Shown here: one piece after another, positions 1 to 11,413 of the stretch | Layout: each line of letters starts with the position of its first letter | Numbering within the stretch: position 1 is the first letter of the stretch | NCBI GenBank assembly: GCA_000165425.1 | Contig: CT867989.1 | Coordinates: forward strand, 124,001 to 188,000 | Source: Paramecium tetraurelia | Lineage: Eukaryota | Length of the DNA: 64,000 bases | Direction of reading: 5' to 3' | The notes under the pieces: generated by a model | The model's database searches: none | What the model was told of the DNA's origin: nothing | What the model saw: the letters and a program-made list of their open reading frames with translations, nothing else | Made by a program: the position numbers and the translations under genes

Positions 1-759
1 TGCTCAAAACTCCACTCAAAAACACAATATATTTAAAGGAATTCACAACTTCATTTGATAAATTTTTTTATTTTATTTATTTTATTAATTATCCAATCAT
101 CATTATTTTTTTCAAAACTATCATCATCATCCATGCTCCCTATCTCATTCGCCATCCCTAAATCCACCAATCTAATTTAACTTACGTTCTCCCCATCTCA
201 CGATTCCCTACTTCCTATTCTCAAAAGTTCTCACAATCATATCTAAGATTTTGATCGTTTGTCCTCTCAACTACCTTATCAAAAATAGCGAACCAAAGAA
301 ATATCATTAATATTATCTCAATAACAATATCCTCACTCAAACAACCACAAGAAAATGAAAATAAACCCATTATAATACAATATTATTTCTTTTTATATAA
401 TTTCTCATATTTTTATATTTCATAATTAACAATTATAATCACAACTTCATTTCACTGTTTTTCTATCTCCCCCCAATCTCCACAATTATTCCTAACAAAC
501 AACTCAAAAACTCATAGTTAGACATAATATTTAACTTTTCGCAATATATCATTTAATCAGTATAATGTCTAATCTAATTTATCTATTGGTATCTTAATAA
601 TTTTAGATTATTGCAAAAAGGTTTTTATTTATCCTTTCCTCTCCAAAAGGACTTCTTAGTATGTTAGACAAGGTGTATATGAAAATAATTGCAAGGGTGT
701 TGTATAATTATAAGAGTTTTGATTTAGGGTATTAACCTGAGAATTAGGATTTTATTTGA
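1..759 (+). CDS. 3' part of a hypothetical protein (partial at window start)
   Basis: Frame 1 is open from base 1 to TGA at 757-759 under table 6 (252 codons), ending ...YKSFDLGYQPENQDFI*. No family recognised, and the strand is G-poor so openness is partly compositional. Confidence 0.45.
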
Positions 760-766
760 TAAATTA

Positions 767-2222
767 ATGTCCCAATAGAGAAGAAGAGAATAGTTAGAAA
801 AAATATCCCATTTTTAGAAGGAAGAACAGGATCGGAATAGGAGAGAAGAGTTGGAAAAGGAATTTTTGAAATGCTAAAAGAGAGGTTAAATGCACACAAA
901 TTCAATGATGAATTGGATAAACAAACATCAAAATAAAGCAGATCCGAAGGCCAAGGAAATGTATCGCTATCTACCTGAAGAAAGAGTATATTAATTTAAA
1001 TGAACCATCAGCGTAAACACATTGAGTTAACCCTGTTGTTTGAGAAGTTTGACAATGATGGTTCCAAAGCACTAGACTTCATTGAAGTATTCAGGATGTT
1101 CACTAAGTAATTGTGAATGATCAATCTAGATATGGGATATTCATAACGAAAAAGGAGTTGCTTGACTTTTTTAAGGTGGTTGATCAAAATAAGGATTTCT
1201 CCTTAAATCTCTAAGAATTCAAGGCATGTTATTTGGACTCGGCAGCAAGAGACATTTTTGCCAAGATTATGAAACAATTAATAGAGAGAACCTAATTGAC
1301 CGAAGAGGAAATCAATGCAGCCTTAAATCAAATGAATGAATTGAACAATCAGAATAGCAACAACCAAAATTAGAATCCCATTCCTGCCCTTCCCAAGTCC
1401 TTTCAGGGAGTGATCAGTCTACTCACTTATTTGAACACCAGAGATGAGATTAAAGATAAGTTGACCTCAAAATCAGTAAACATATATGAACAAATCAACA
1501 ATCTAAAATAACTGATTGAATTGAGTAATAAAATTGATGTTGTTTAGAAGGTGGAGATTGAGAAAAAGATTAAGATCAAGAAATCTTCCGAGGATAGATT
1601 AAATAAATTTAAGAATTAGTTAAAGTAAATTAAAGATAGAGCTATTCAGACTGGATAAATGATGGCTGAAGAGGAATTGAGACAAAAAAACTCTGCATTC
1701 TTGATAACTGTTTTACCATAACGCAAATATAAATACAATTACAAAAGCGAAAATAAATTCAAAAGAATTATACCAAATAAATAAGAGGAGTTACACTTAC
1801 CTCGCTACTCAGATTAAAAGGTAAATCAGTTTTATGAATATATGAATATTAATATACCCGATTAGTTGAAGAATATTAATAATAGAATATGGACAAAACT
1901 ATTTGAAAATAATCAACAACTAGATATAATACTTTAGAAGAACAGAAAAAATCAATTAGAATCTCAAAGAACTGATAGATTAAAGCAGAAGATCAAATAA
2001 ACCTTAGATAATCTACAAGCCAATTTTGAAACTGATTTCGATAGCGAAGCCAATAGAAAGCCCACTTTAGAATCTCCACAAGAAAAACAATCTACTCAAT
2101 TTCCAAATTTCTTTACCTCAAGAAATTTAATGTCACAAACATCAGACGATTTTAGAACTGCCAAAAACATAGAGAATGCCTCCTGGATCCTCAAAGTTAT
2201 CTTTTCATTGATGAAATAATGA
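767..2222 (+). CDS. EF-hand calcium-binding protein
   Basis: Starts MSQQRRREQLEK. Two EF-hand loops (FDNDGSKALDFIE, VDQNKDFSLNLQE) after removing tiny introns gtatattaatttaaatgaaccatcag and gtaattgtgaatgatcaatctag. TGA at 2220-2222. The start could lie further upstream. Confidence 0.8.
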
Positions 2223-2391
2223 GTAAAATTTATCATTTCGTTTCTATATTAAATTTAGAACTCTATATAGCGAGACCTCGCCTTAAGCTTACAGTATTCG
2301 TTATTGCTCTCTATATATAAATTTGAATTATTTTGGAACATTTGATATTTTGAAAATGAAGGAAATTCATCTTACTGCAGGTGGTAATTAT

Positions 2392-2422
2392 TATGTATAT
2401 GTATATATATATATATATATGT
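2392..2422. repeat. (TA)n microsatellite
   Basis: tatgtatatgtatatatatatatatatatgt between two convergent gene ends. Confidence 0.85.
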
Positions 2423-2429
2423 AATGTGG

Positions 2430-3197
2430 TCAGAGTCCAGCCATTCTGCTTTACTCTCCTACTTTCTTCATGTAATGCTCCTTATATTTATGCTTTCCTA
2501 TCGAAGTTAAAAAGAAGTACGTACTATTGAAACTGGCCATATGCATGGTACGAGGGTCGTCTGGATGACTGTATCCAGCCATACATCTTTGTCTATTGTA
2601 ATGAAAATCATGAGGAGCCCAACCGAATTCTGCAAATTGGTTACCGAATAATTCTTCTTAGACTGTTGAAGCTATGGCATCTTTCATTCTCAATCTCACG
2701 AATTCCTCATTCTTGACTGGGAAGAGGTTTCTATTCGTTATTAATAAGACTCTTACGTCCAATAGTAGGGAATCATGTATGAATAAGTGAAATGTGCTAT
2801 GTAGACACCACAAATTAAATACACCCACATGGCAAAGGCACCCTATTGTGTTAGTTGATCAATTATACATCTGAATTTAAGGTATGCTCTTGCCAATCTC
2901 TGTATGCTTCATAAGTGGCCCAATGAAGGAATCCATGGGATGTGTCAACCTTAAAATCTCATGTGAAATCATTACCTTTGGGTAGATACCAATCATATTG
3001 GCCAAAGCAGGCCAATCGTAAAAGATATCAAATAATATTTGCTGTCTTCCATAATAAAATTTGTTTCCATATACTCTTCTTGCCATTCTTAAGGCATCCC
3101 ATCTTTCCTCTCCAACCACTCTAGCAGCTATTTTGGTAAACCACCAGATGCCATTCTTATAATAACTTGTTTTGGCACTGAATATGCTCAAACTCAT
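2430..3197 (-). CDS. Ciliate-conserved single-TM protein of about 220 aa, probable mitochondrial respiratory-complex accessory subunit (copy A)
   Basis: MSLSIFSAKTSYYKNGIWWF...NEEFVRLRMKDAIAS...MAGYSHPDDPRTMHMASFNRKHKYKEHYMKKVGEQSRMAGL* with four tiny introns. The resemblance to a Tetrahymena complex IV accessory subunit is from memory and unverified. Confidence 0.7.
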
Positions 3198-3847
3198 TTA
3201 AAAGATTTAATTTTAGCTATAATTGTGTATTATAAAATGATATTTATCTAGAAGGAACAAAAATAAGATATTTTCCTATAAAAATTCCTTTATAAAAAGA
3301 TACTGATTTCACATATTCTTATCAAGCACCCCATATACTACCTGATTTTGTATCTTAAAGACAATAAAATAGTGTGTGTATCATTCTAAACAGTTAGATT
3401 CACAAAATATTCTGTAATTAATAAAAATCAATTTTCAACTAAAATTGTATTTTTAAGAGTTAACAATTTTACAAATTTTTTGTTGTCAATCAACTTCTTC
3501 TCCATAAGGTTATTTCTCCATCTAATGAGCTAAATTTATATTAGTATCATTAAATTGAGACTTTTTTCATCAATCACAAAATTAACCTTATTGAGTAGAT
3601 TTTGACATAAAATTAGTACCATTTTGCTTGAAATCGATTGAACAGCTTATATGAAGGGTTTTTGAGTCGATTGCAAATAAGTAGACAATATCAATTGAAC
3701 ACCAGGTGTTGTAATTATAATATAAAAATATAAAAGATTTTAAAATTGTTAGATGACTTCTCAAATTAGGACTTAGACTAACTTCTTTTAAAAAATTTTT
3801 ATAAAATTATGATTGGTGGCGTATATATATGATGAAATATGATTATT

Positions 3848-4612
3848 TCAAAGGACAGTTGTCATACGACTTGAATCTCCTATTCTCTTCAAATAATGCT
3901 CCTTGTATTTGTGTTTTCCTAAAATATTGTGAAAATATGTTACTATTGAAGGAAGCCATGTGCATGGTTCTTGGATCATCGGGATGGCCATATCCAGCCA
4001 TGCATCTTTATCTATTATAGTGGAAATCATGGGGAGCCCAGGCAAATTCAGCATAGTTGTTAGCGAATAGTTCCTCCAAAACAGTGGTTGCCATGGCATC
4101 TTTCATTCTCAACCTCACAAACTCTTCGTTCTTGGCTGGGAACATGTTTCTAGAATTAAGATAAATCAACATACGTCCAATAATATGGAATCATGTAGGA
4201 GTAGAAACAGTGAGCAATATAGATACCACATAGCATATAGATCCAAATAGCAAAAGATCCCTAAGAGTTAGTATAAAAATATACATCTGAATTCAAAGTG
4301 TGTTCTTGCCAATCTCTGTATGCTTCGTAAGTGGCCCAATGCAAGAATCCATGCGAAGTATCAACCTTTATAATCAATTGATGATTGTACTTTAGGATAG
4401 ATACCAATTAGGTTAGCCATGGCTGGCCAATCGTAAAAGATATCAAACAAAATTTATTATCTTCCATAATAGATTTTATTTCCGTAAACTCTCCTTGCCA
4501 ATCTCATGGCATCCCATCGTTCTTCACCTATTATACGAGCTGGAATCTTAGTAAACCACCAAAGCCCATTTTTATAATAACTCGTCTTAACACTAAATAT
4601 ACTAAGACTCAT
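3848..4612 (-). CDS. Tandem paralog of 2430-3197 (copy B)
   Basis: MSLSIFSVKTSYYKNGLWWF...HPDDPRTMHMASFNRKHKYKEHYLKRIGDSSRMTTVL*. Same intron positions as copy A with many synonymous differences. Confidence 0.7.
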
Positions 4613-4750
4613 AAATTAGATATTTTATTAATTAATACAACCCCCTTAGAATATACAATTTTTATAAATCTATTTATATTATTCTAAAAATAGTATTTTA
4701 ATAAATAAATCAACACATAAGATATACTAATAATTTTATTATAAAAAATC

Positions 4751-5903
4751 TCAAATATCAAGCTCATCTTCATTCTCAAGGACTGCAAAATATTTGTCAA
4801 CCTCGGATTATGGAATCGTCAATGCATCCTTGAATTACCAAGTCGGAACATGATTTTTGTCTACTAAGACCTACTTCACTCCCTCGAAGAAGTCAGTTCC
4901 TTACATAATTCTATTGATTCATAAATACATAATATACCTTCTAACAATTCTATAATCCATCTTCAAATTCTCTCTAAGATCAAGTTTTTAACCTCTTTTA
5001 ATCTATTCAAATATGATCCTCAAAGATAGTGGACATTACTCCTTTAATAACTTTAAGTTATCTTGTCCAAACTTTTAATTTTGATGATTTTATAGATTTT
5101 TGAATAATTATTCCAAACTATCTCCTGAATATCCTGGTTCAATGTTCTATAATTGTTGTTTGATAGTGAATTCTGGTATCTAATAGAAAATACAAATTTG
5201 TTAGTACTTGGTTTGGTTAGAATTGTTTGACAATGTTCTTGACATCGTTGAGATTTTAGGTTTAGACAGTACCAATCTTGGAAATCAAATTTTGTAATTC
5301 GGATGATTATACGTAAAAGTCAGCCAATCCTGCATGCACTAAGTCAGCACCCTTCAATCTGAATCCACTCAAACCCAAATAATAGCCTAATCTGTGTGGT
5401 AATCTGGAGAGAAAGTATCCTCCTCCTACATCTGTGAATAATCCCAATTTGGCTTCTGGCATAGCAAACACGCTCTTTTCAGTAGCTATCCTAACAGGTG
5501 CATGGATTGACATTCCTACTCCTCCTCCCATTACTATTCCGTCCATCAAGGCCACTAGTACTGGTTTGAGTGTTGCCAATCTGTAATCCAATTTGTATTC
5601 ATCAAAAAAGAACTATTTTAATGCACTTGGGGGATTTTATTCAGAAGGTTGAGTCTTTGCAAAATATAATGTCTTGATGTCGCCACCAGCACAGAAGGCC
5701 TTGCCTCCTTCTCCACTCAAAATGATGCAGGATGCTGAATTGGCTTGATCCAGGATCTAATTAAGTTCAGCAATCATTGGCAAATTGAGGGCATTCAATT
5801 GACTTGGTCTGTTGAGCTTAATGTTGAGTGCTGATCCCACTCTGCTCGTTAAGACCTAGGAGGGAGATGATGAAAACATAGCGCTTATTAGACGTAATCT
5901 CAT
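4751..5903 (-). CDS. HIBCH: 3-hydroxyisobutyryl-CoA hydrolase (crotonase superfamily), mitochondrial
   Basis: LNRPSQLNALN, GKAFCAGGD, MDGIVMGGGVG, FAMPEAKLGLFTDVGG, DFFEGVKQVLVDK motifs. Presequence-like N-terminus MRLRLISAMFSS. Confidence 0.92.
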
Positions 5904-6023
5904 TATAATTATTTATGAAATGTGATAATTACACTACATGATTTTAGCTTAGTTGATAAGAGTATATATCAAATAAAGTTAATTTGAACTTCTAGAATAT
6001 AATTAAATTAAATCCCATAGTGA

Positions 6024-7683
6024 ATGAACTCACCAAAAAAGAACGCTTTTCCAACTCTGAACAACTTGAAAATTATACAGTCCTCATATGGTCAAAGAAT
6101 CAGTAAATGTGTAAATATTTAATTAATAATTGTTAGACTCATCTTGTCATCAAGAAGGACACCAAAAAGATCATCGATACCAGATTACTCTCCCAAACAT
6201 CCATTGAATAAGCCAAGCAGCGATTCATTGCTAATCAAGAGAGGTAGAGGCAAATGTAGAAAAGCCTACCTCCCATCATGAAAAGAAAGGAATTTCATCA
6301 AAGAAGTGTTTCAGTTTCAGCCCAAAAAACGCCCTATTCAAAATACTTTTATTTTGTCGGAGAAGGCAACAATCATCAACTAATTAAGAAATTATTGGAT
6401 GACAGGTAGAATTGGGTCTAGGTCAAGGATCCAAAATCTAAGAAAATTAATTTTAAATGGCAAGAGACCGAGAAAGGCTATGAATATTAGACCATTAATT
6501 AAAAAGAACAACCCATTTAGATGCTCAACCATTTTGAGTTTCATTCAGAAATTTCTGATAAGTTTAAGTTAGCTGTGAATTTCAAGGCGTATTGCGATGT
6601 ATCTAAAATATTGTAATAAAGAAAAACAGACTAAACATATATGATTACACTCCCACAACCTTTGCCATCGAGTGTACCAATGAAAACCTCAAATCCGAAT
6701 TGTTTTAGTTTATTTCCTTTTACCGATAAAATTGCCCTTAACACAAATTGCCTGAATTGGACAAAACAATTAAATAGTAATTCTTCTCATATACGACTCT
6801 GTATGATACCAAAGTGAATCAATACCCAACTTTATTCGGCAACGAAAATTTGTGGATCTTCAAACCTTCCAATATGAATCAAGGAAGAGGGATCCATGTT
6901 GTACGCAGCTTATAAGAAGTATTGGATATTTAGAGTAAATACCAAGGGGGATACAAGGAGAAATTGTTGGAAGTGAAAAGAAATGAATAAAATGAAATAA
7001 TCAATAAGGTGGTGTATTTAAATACATTGGTAACAGAACAATTTGTAATATAAAAATATATTGAGAAACCAATGTTAATAGATGGAAGAAAATTCGATAT
7101 TAGAGCTTATGTTCTATTGACATCTAATTTATAAATATATTTTTACAGGGAAGGTCAATTGAGATTGGCTACTGAAAAGTTTGATACGAAAGTGCATTCT
7201 AATTATGTTCATCTCACCAATAATGCCATCTAATATACTCATCCTGAATATGGCAAAACTGAAGAAGGGAATCAATACAACTTTGATTAAGCACAACATT
7301 TGTTTAAGAAGGATTTTCGATAAGAAGTAAGAATTATTTAATTTTAGATCTTAGGAAGAATTAAAAATATATCTTATACAGCATTCTAAACAGTTAAGCA
7401 TAAAATAAACAAGCAAAAACGAAAAAATTGCTTTGAAATTTTTGGAATGGACTTTATTATTGATGAACAATCTACTCCTTGGTTGATAGAGGTTAATACC
7501 AATCCAAGTTTGGAAGTGACAAGCAAGTTATTGGATCAACTATTCCCAAGGATGGTCAATGATGCATTTCGAATCACAGTTGATTTAGTTTTTCCATAAA
7601 ATGAACCAAATTGCAATTATCCTTTTATGCACTATAAAGATGACGAAAATCTATGGGACAATATGGGATATTTGCAATCATGA
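6024..7683 (+). CDS. Tubulin-tyrosine-ligase-like enzyme (TTLL10-like candidate)
   Basis: LNHFE, WIFKPSNMNQGRGI, VIQKYIEKPMLIDGRKFDIR, HLTNNAIQ, FEIFGMDFIIDEQSTPWLIEVNTNPS. Confidence 0.92.
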
Positions 7684-7758
7684 ATAACATATTATTTATT
7701 ATTCAATATTGATTGATTTATAACATTTTCCATTGTTTTTTTATCTACATAGAATATA

Positions 7759-8839
7759 TCACTAAAAATTTTGGAGATGCTCTCTTAATTCATCACAATC
7801 ACAAAGGTTTCTAATTATTATAGTTGCCCATTCCCTTTATTGATGCATGTTATGGACATTAGTAAAATGGATAATTGGTTTTAAATCATTTACTAAGGAA
7901 TATGAGTAGTAAAAGATACCATTATTTTTAAGGTCTTCCCAAACAGTTTTATTGATATGAACCATGTTGGCAATAAATCTTAGGAAAACGGAGATGAGCT
8001 CATCGTCCTACTGTATACTCATTTGGTGTATGGCTTCTTTGTATTCCTTAGGATAAAATAAGGCTTGGATTTCTGAATTGTAACCACCCATAAAAGTGAT
8101 GAGGGAGTAGAACTTAAACTTTTGTAAGGGAGGAAGTTCTAAATTCATCAAGAATTGCAGATCTTTGATACTGAGTTGTATGCCTATTCTATTGAATCAA
8201 ATTGGGATGTTACTTATTTTGATTGGAATATAGTTCCTTAATATCATAGCTTTTGGGGATGCAATTGTGTATGAGAGATGGGTAGACTTTGTCATCTATA
8301 GTTTTTTGTAGTAATTGAAAGATGAAATCCAGGAGTTCTATATTGTTATCATAGAGCAATTGCAAATAGGATTGTTCATAGGAGTCATGGAAAATATTAG
8401 TAAAGGAATAGGTTACCCATTCTAGACAGTCTTGGGTTTAATTGGTGAGGGATTTTCTGATGATTTCAATGGTGAGATCTCTAAAAAAGGATTGAAATAG
8501 GAAATATTCTTTATTAATTTGGTTTTTGAGCATGTTGTGCACGAAGATTAGGTAGGCTTTGTGGATTTTGAGGTCTTGAGAGTTTGAAAGGGTTAAGCGA
8601 TAGGGTTGGATTTGGAAGTGGAGGAGGATGAATTGGGCATTGACTTGATTGGCAGTGATGAAATTGGTAAGCCATTGTTGGAAGTAGAGGAAATTGATTT
8701 GGTCGAATTGGATGTTGAGAAGCCAATTGGGGTTGGATTGAATGAATTGATACATGTGATTTTATTTGGAGGGATATTGCATAAGGAGTCTGAGTTGATG
8801 GAAATTATAATCATATATATGTTTGTCGATTTCTTCCAT
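7759..8839 (-). CDS. Ataxin-10 domain protein
   Basis: Helical protein starting MEEIDKHIYD. C-terminal RFIANMVHINK...QREWATIIIRNLC matches the ataxin-10 C-terminal pattern. The 3' end is approximate. Confidence 0.65.
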
Positions 8840-8864
8840 AGTTAATAATATTTATATTAAATAC

Positions 8865-11022
8865 ATGAGTAAATATTTGGATAAATATGTTGAGTATGAG
8901 ACAATAGGGAGAGGCAGCTATGGTAAGGTAATCATCATATCCAGGGTCTGCACATTTGGTACGTTAAAAATCGGACTAGTAAGTATATGTGGCTAAGAAA
9001 ATTCAATTATTCAATCTAAAACCAAAAGAACAAGATGATTCAAAACGAGAAGTTCATGAGTTCATTTAATTATTAGGTGATGCTTTTGTAGAAATTGAAA
9101 CATCCTCACATCGTACAATATATCGAGAGCTTCAATGAGAATGATACGCTCATCATAATCATGGAATACTGTGAAGGTAAGTGCTTTTGAGTAATCTATT
9201 AGAGGGAGACCTATCATTTCACATCAACAGAATGAGTCAAAGGAAGGAGTACTTCCCAGAACAAATAATATTGAACTGGTTTCTTTAATGCGCCTTGGCT
9301 TTGAAATATATCCATGAATAGAAGATCCTACACAGAGACATCAAAAGCCAGAATATTTTCTTATCCTCCAATGGATTTGTCAAAATAGGTGATTTCGGTA
9401 TCTCCAGGGTCTTGGAACACACCCAAGATCAAGCCAATACAGTAGTTGGAACTCCCTATTACATGAGGTGATCACTTGTATTTATCCCTAGTCCTGAAGT
9501 CTGTGAGAATAAGCCCTACACTTACAAGAGTGATGTTTGGTCTCTTGGTTGCGTTCTCTATGAATTGTGCAATTTGTCTCATGCCTTCAAATCAAACAAC
9601 CTTTTGGGTTTAGTGAATAGGATTGTCAAAGAATAAGCCTCTGCTATTCCCTCACATTACTCCAAAGAATTAGCAGATCTCATCAACAAGCTCTTAATCA
9701 AAAATGCTGATCAACGTCCGCACACTTCTGAAATCTTCAACTTCCCTCTAATCAGAAATACTATGCAATAATTTGTTGCAATGTAAGGCAAAGTACAATA
9801 TCAAGCCCCAATCAAACGAACCAACACACATAATTAAATTGGGAAGATGATCAAGTAAGAAGAAACTACTTAATAAAACACAACAAATCAATATGACAAC
9901 ACCATTGACACTGTCTAATCTATCGATTTTAGTTAATTAACACCATAGCAAAGGATGCAAATGAAGAAAGAGGAAAAAATACAAAGAGAATAAAGAGAAT
10001 TAGCATAAGCAAGCAAACAAAGCTTTTTATAACAATAAGCAAGTCAACAAAGAAAGATTCAAGATCTCCAGGGTGGCCAATCACTAGACTACAATCAAAA
10101 GAGAAAATAATAATAGCAATATCATGAAGAACTACAAAGACAATAACAATGTAAGTAATAAGACTCTTAAGTAAATACTAAAAAGGCTCCATAACAAGTG
10201 CAACCAAGTAATAAATCAAACATGTACAACTATGATGAAACCTTAGTTAGTCAATATGAGAAAACCTCATAAATGGTATGATTTCGACATATTCCTTTAG
10301 TTATAAAATGAATCTAAAAAATACAATGAAACAATTTAAAACGAGTCCAAAAAATAAAATGAAACCTTCAAAAAAGAATTAGAATAATTCGATAAAACAG
10401 TAGATTCTGAAATGTGTCAATCTACTTTTGATGATACTACTAGATAATAAGAAAAAACAGTCACTAAATCTCAATTAGATAGATTTACTACCAACTATCA
10501 AAAATAGGAACTTTCAGTCACTTAATAGTATTAAGATGAAGAATTTGAGGAATATAACAGTGATGAAGATGATGAAGTCATCAATCATAGACTCACCGTT
10601 AAATAAGGTGACAGTGAGATTGAAGAAGTCGTCAAATTATACCAAATATAAATGGATTAAACAGTGAAAAAGTCTTCAAGCAACAAACTTGAAGGTATTA
10701 ATACTACGATTTTTAGATATTTAAGAAACCAGTTAAGAGAGTTGGAACTCATCTTCAGCTTCTCCATAAAAGGTTCCCATCAATAATGATGATCGAATCC
10801 AAATCTTAAGGAAAAAGGCAATATCTACCATGGGCTCAGACCTCTTTAATAAAGCTTATCAATTTATGAGTCATCATTTATCAAAAGGAACTCAAAGTTC
10901 AGAGGTAAACATTGAGTTTAATTTAGATTCGAAAAAATCTAGAAGACATAGTTGGTAAAAGCAGGATGGGAGATTGCATGTTGATAGATGAAATATTATA
11001 TTATGAGAATTATTCTAAATGA
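8865..11022 (+). CDS. NIMA-related (NEK) Ser/Thr kinase
   Basis: [52 protein letters not shown], long Gln-rich C-terminal tail. Several tiny introns. Confidence 0.95.
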
Positions 11023-11254
11023 CAATAATTAAAAATTTACATTATAAATTCAAATTGTGTTTTTGTGTATTATTATGTTATTAATCTATTGATAAATGGG
11101 TTTATTTGCATAATTCATTTTTGATGGAATAGTTCAGTAATACTGTAAATGAGAGAGGTTTGATGGTATGATCATCTCAACCACTTGTATTGCATTTTTA
11201 ACTGATGGAAGAATGTCCTGATTTAAGTGAATTGATTAGATACTAATCAGCTTA

Positions 11255-11326
11255 GGTCGTATGGTGTAGTGGTTAGCACCTTGGACTTTGAATCCAGTGA
11301 CCCAGGTTCGAGTCCTGGTATGACCT
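11255..11326 (+). tRNA. tRNA-Gln (anticodon TTG)
   Basis: Cloverleaf: acceptor GGTCGTA/TATGACC, D arm GTGT/GCAC, anticodon arm TTGGA-CT TTG AA-TCCAG, T arm CCAGG-TTCGAGT-CCTGG. A T-run (Pol III terminator) follows at 11331-11336. Confidence 0.97.
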
Positions 11327-11413
11327 AAACTTTTTTAATTTATATTTTTTAAAAACTTGAAATTTAATGTGTTATAAAATATTGATAAAATATCAATAAA
11401 ATATTTATAGAAA

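Noticed and set aside
1..525. Minus-strand gene model (MGLFSFSCGC...)
   Set aside because: Every minus frame meets TGA stops, while a single plus frame is open across the region.
2250..2390. Small hairpins (GCGAG/CTCGC, TATATAG/CTATATA) between convergent genes
   Set aside because: No coherent snoRNA or snRNA box pattern, and compatible with chance.
8514..8845. Several overlapping ORFs in the supplied track
   Set aside because: Alternative-frame and antisense shadows of the ataxin-10-like CDS.
11148..11195. SECIS-like ATGA stem after the NEK gene
   Set aside because: No matching GA on the 3' strand, no apical AA, and no in-frame TGA selenoprotein nearby.
11255..11326. Possible TAA/TAG-decoding tRNA-Gln
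   Set aside because: The anticodon is TTG (reads CAA), not TTA or CTA.
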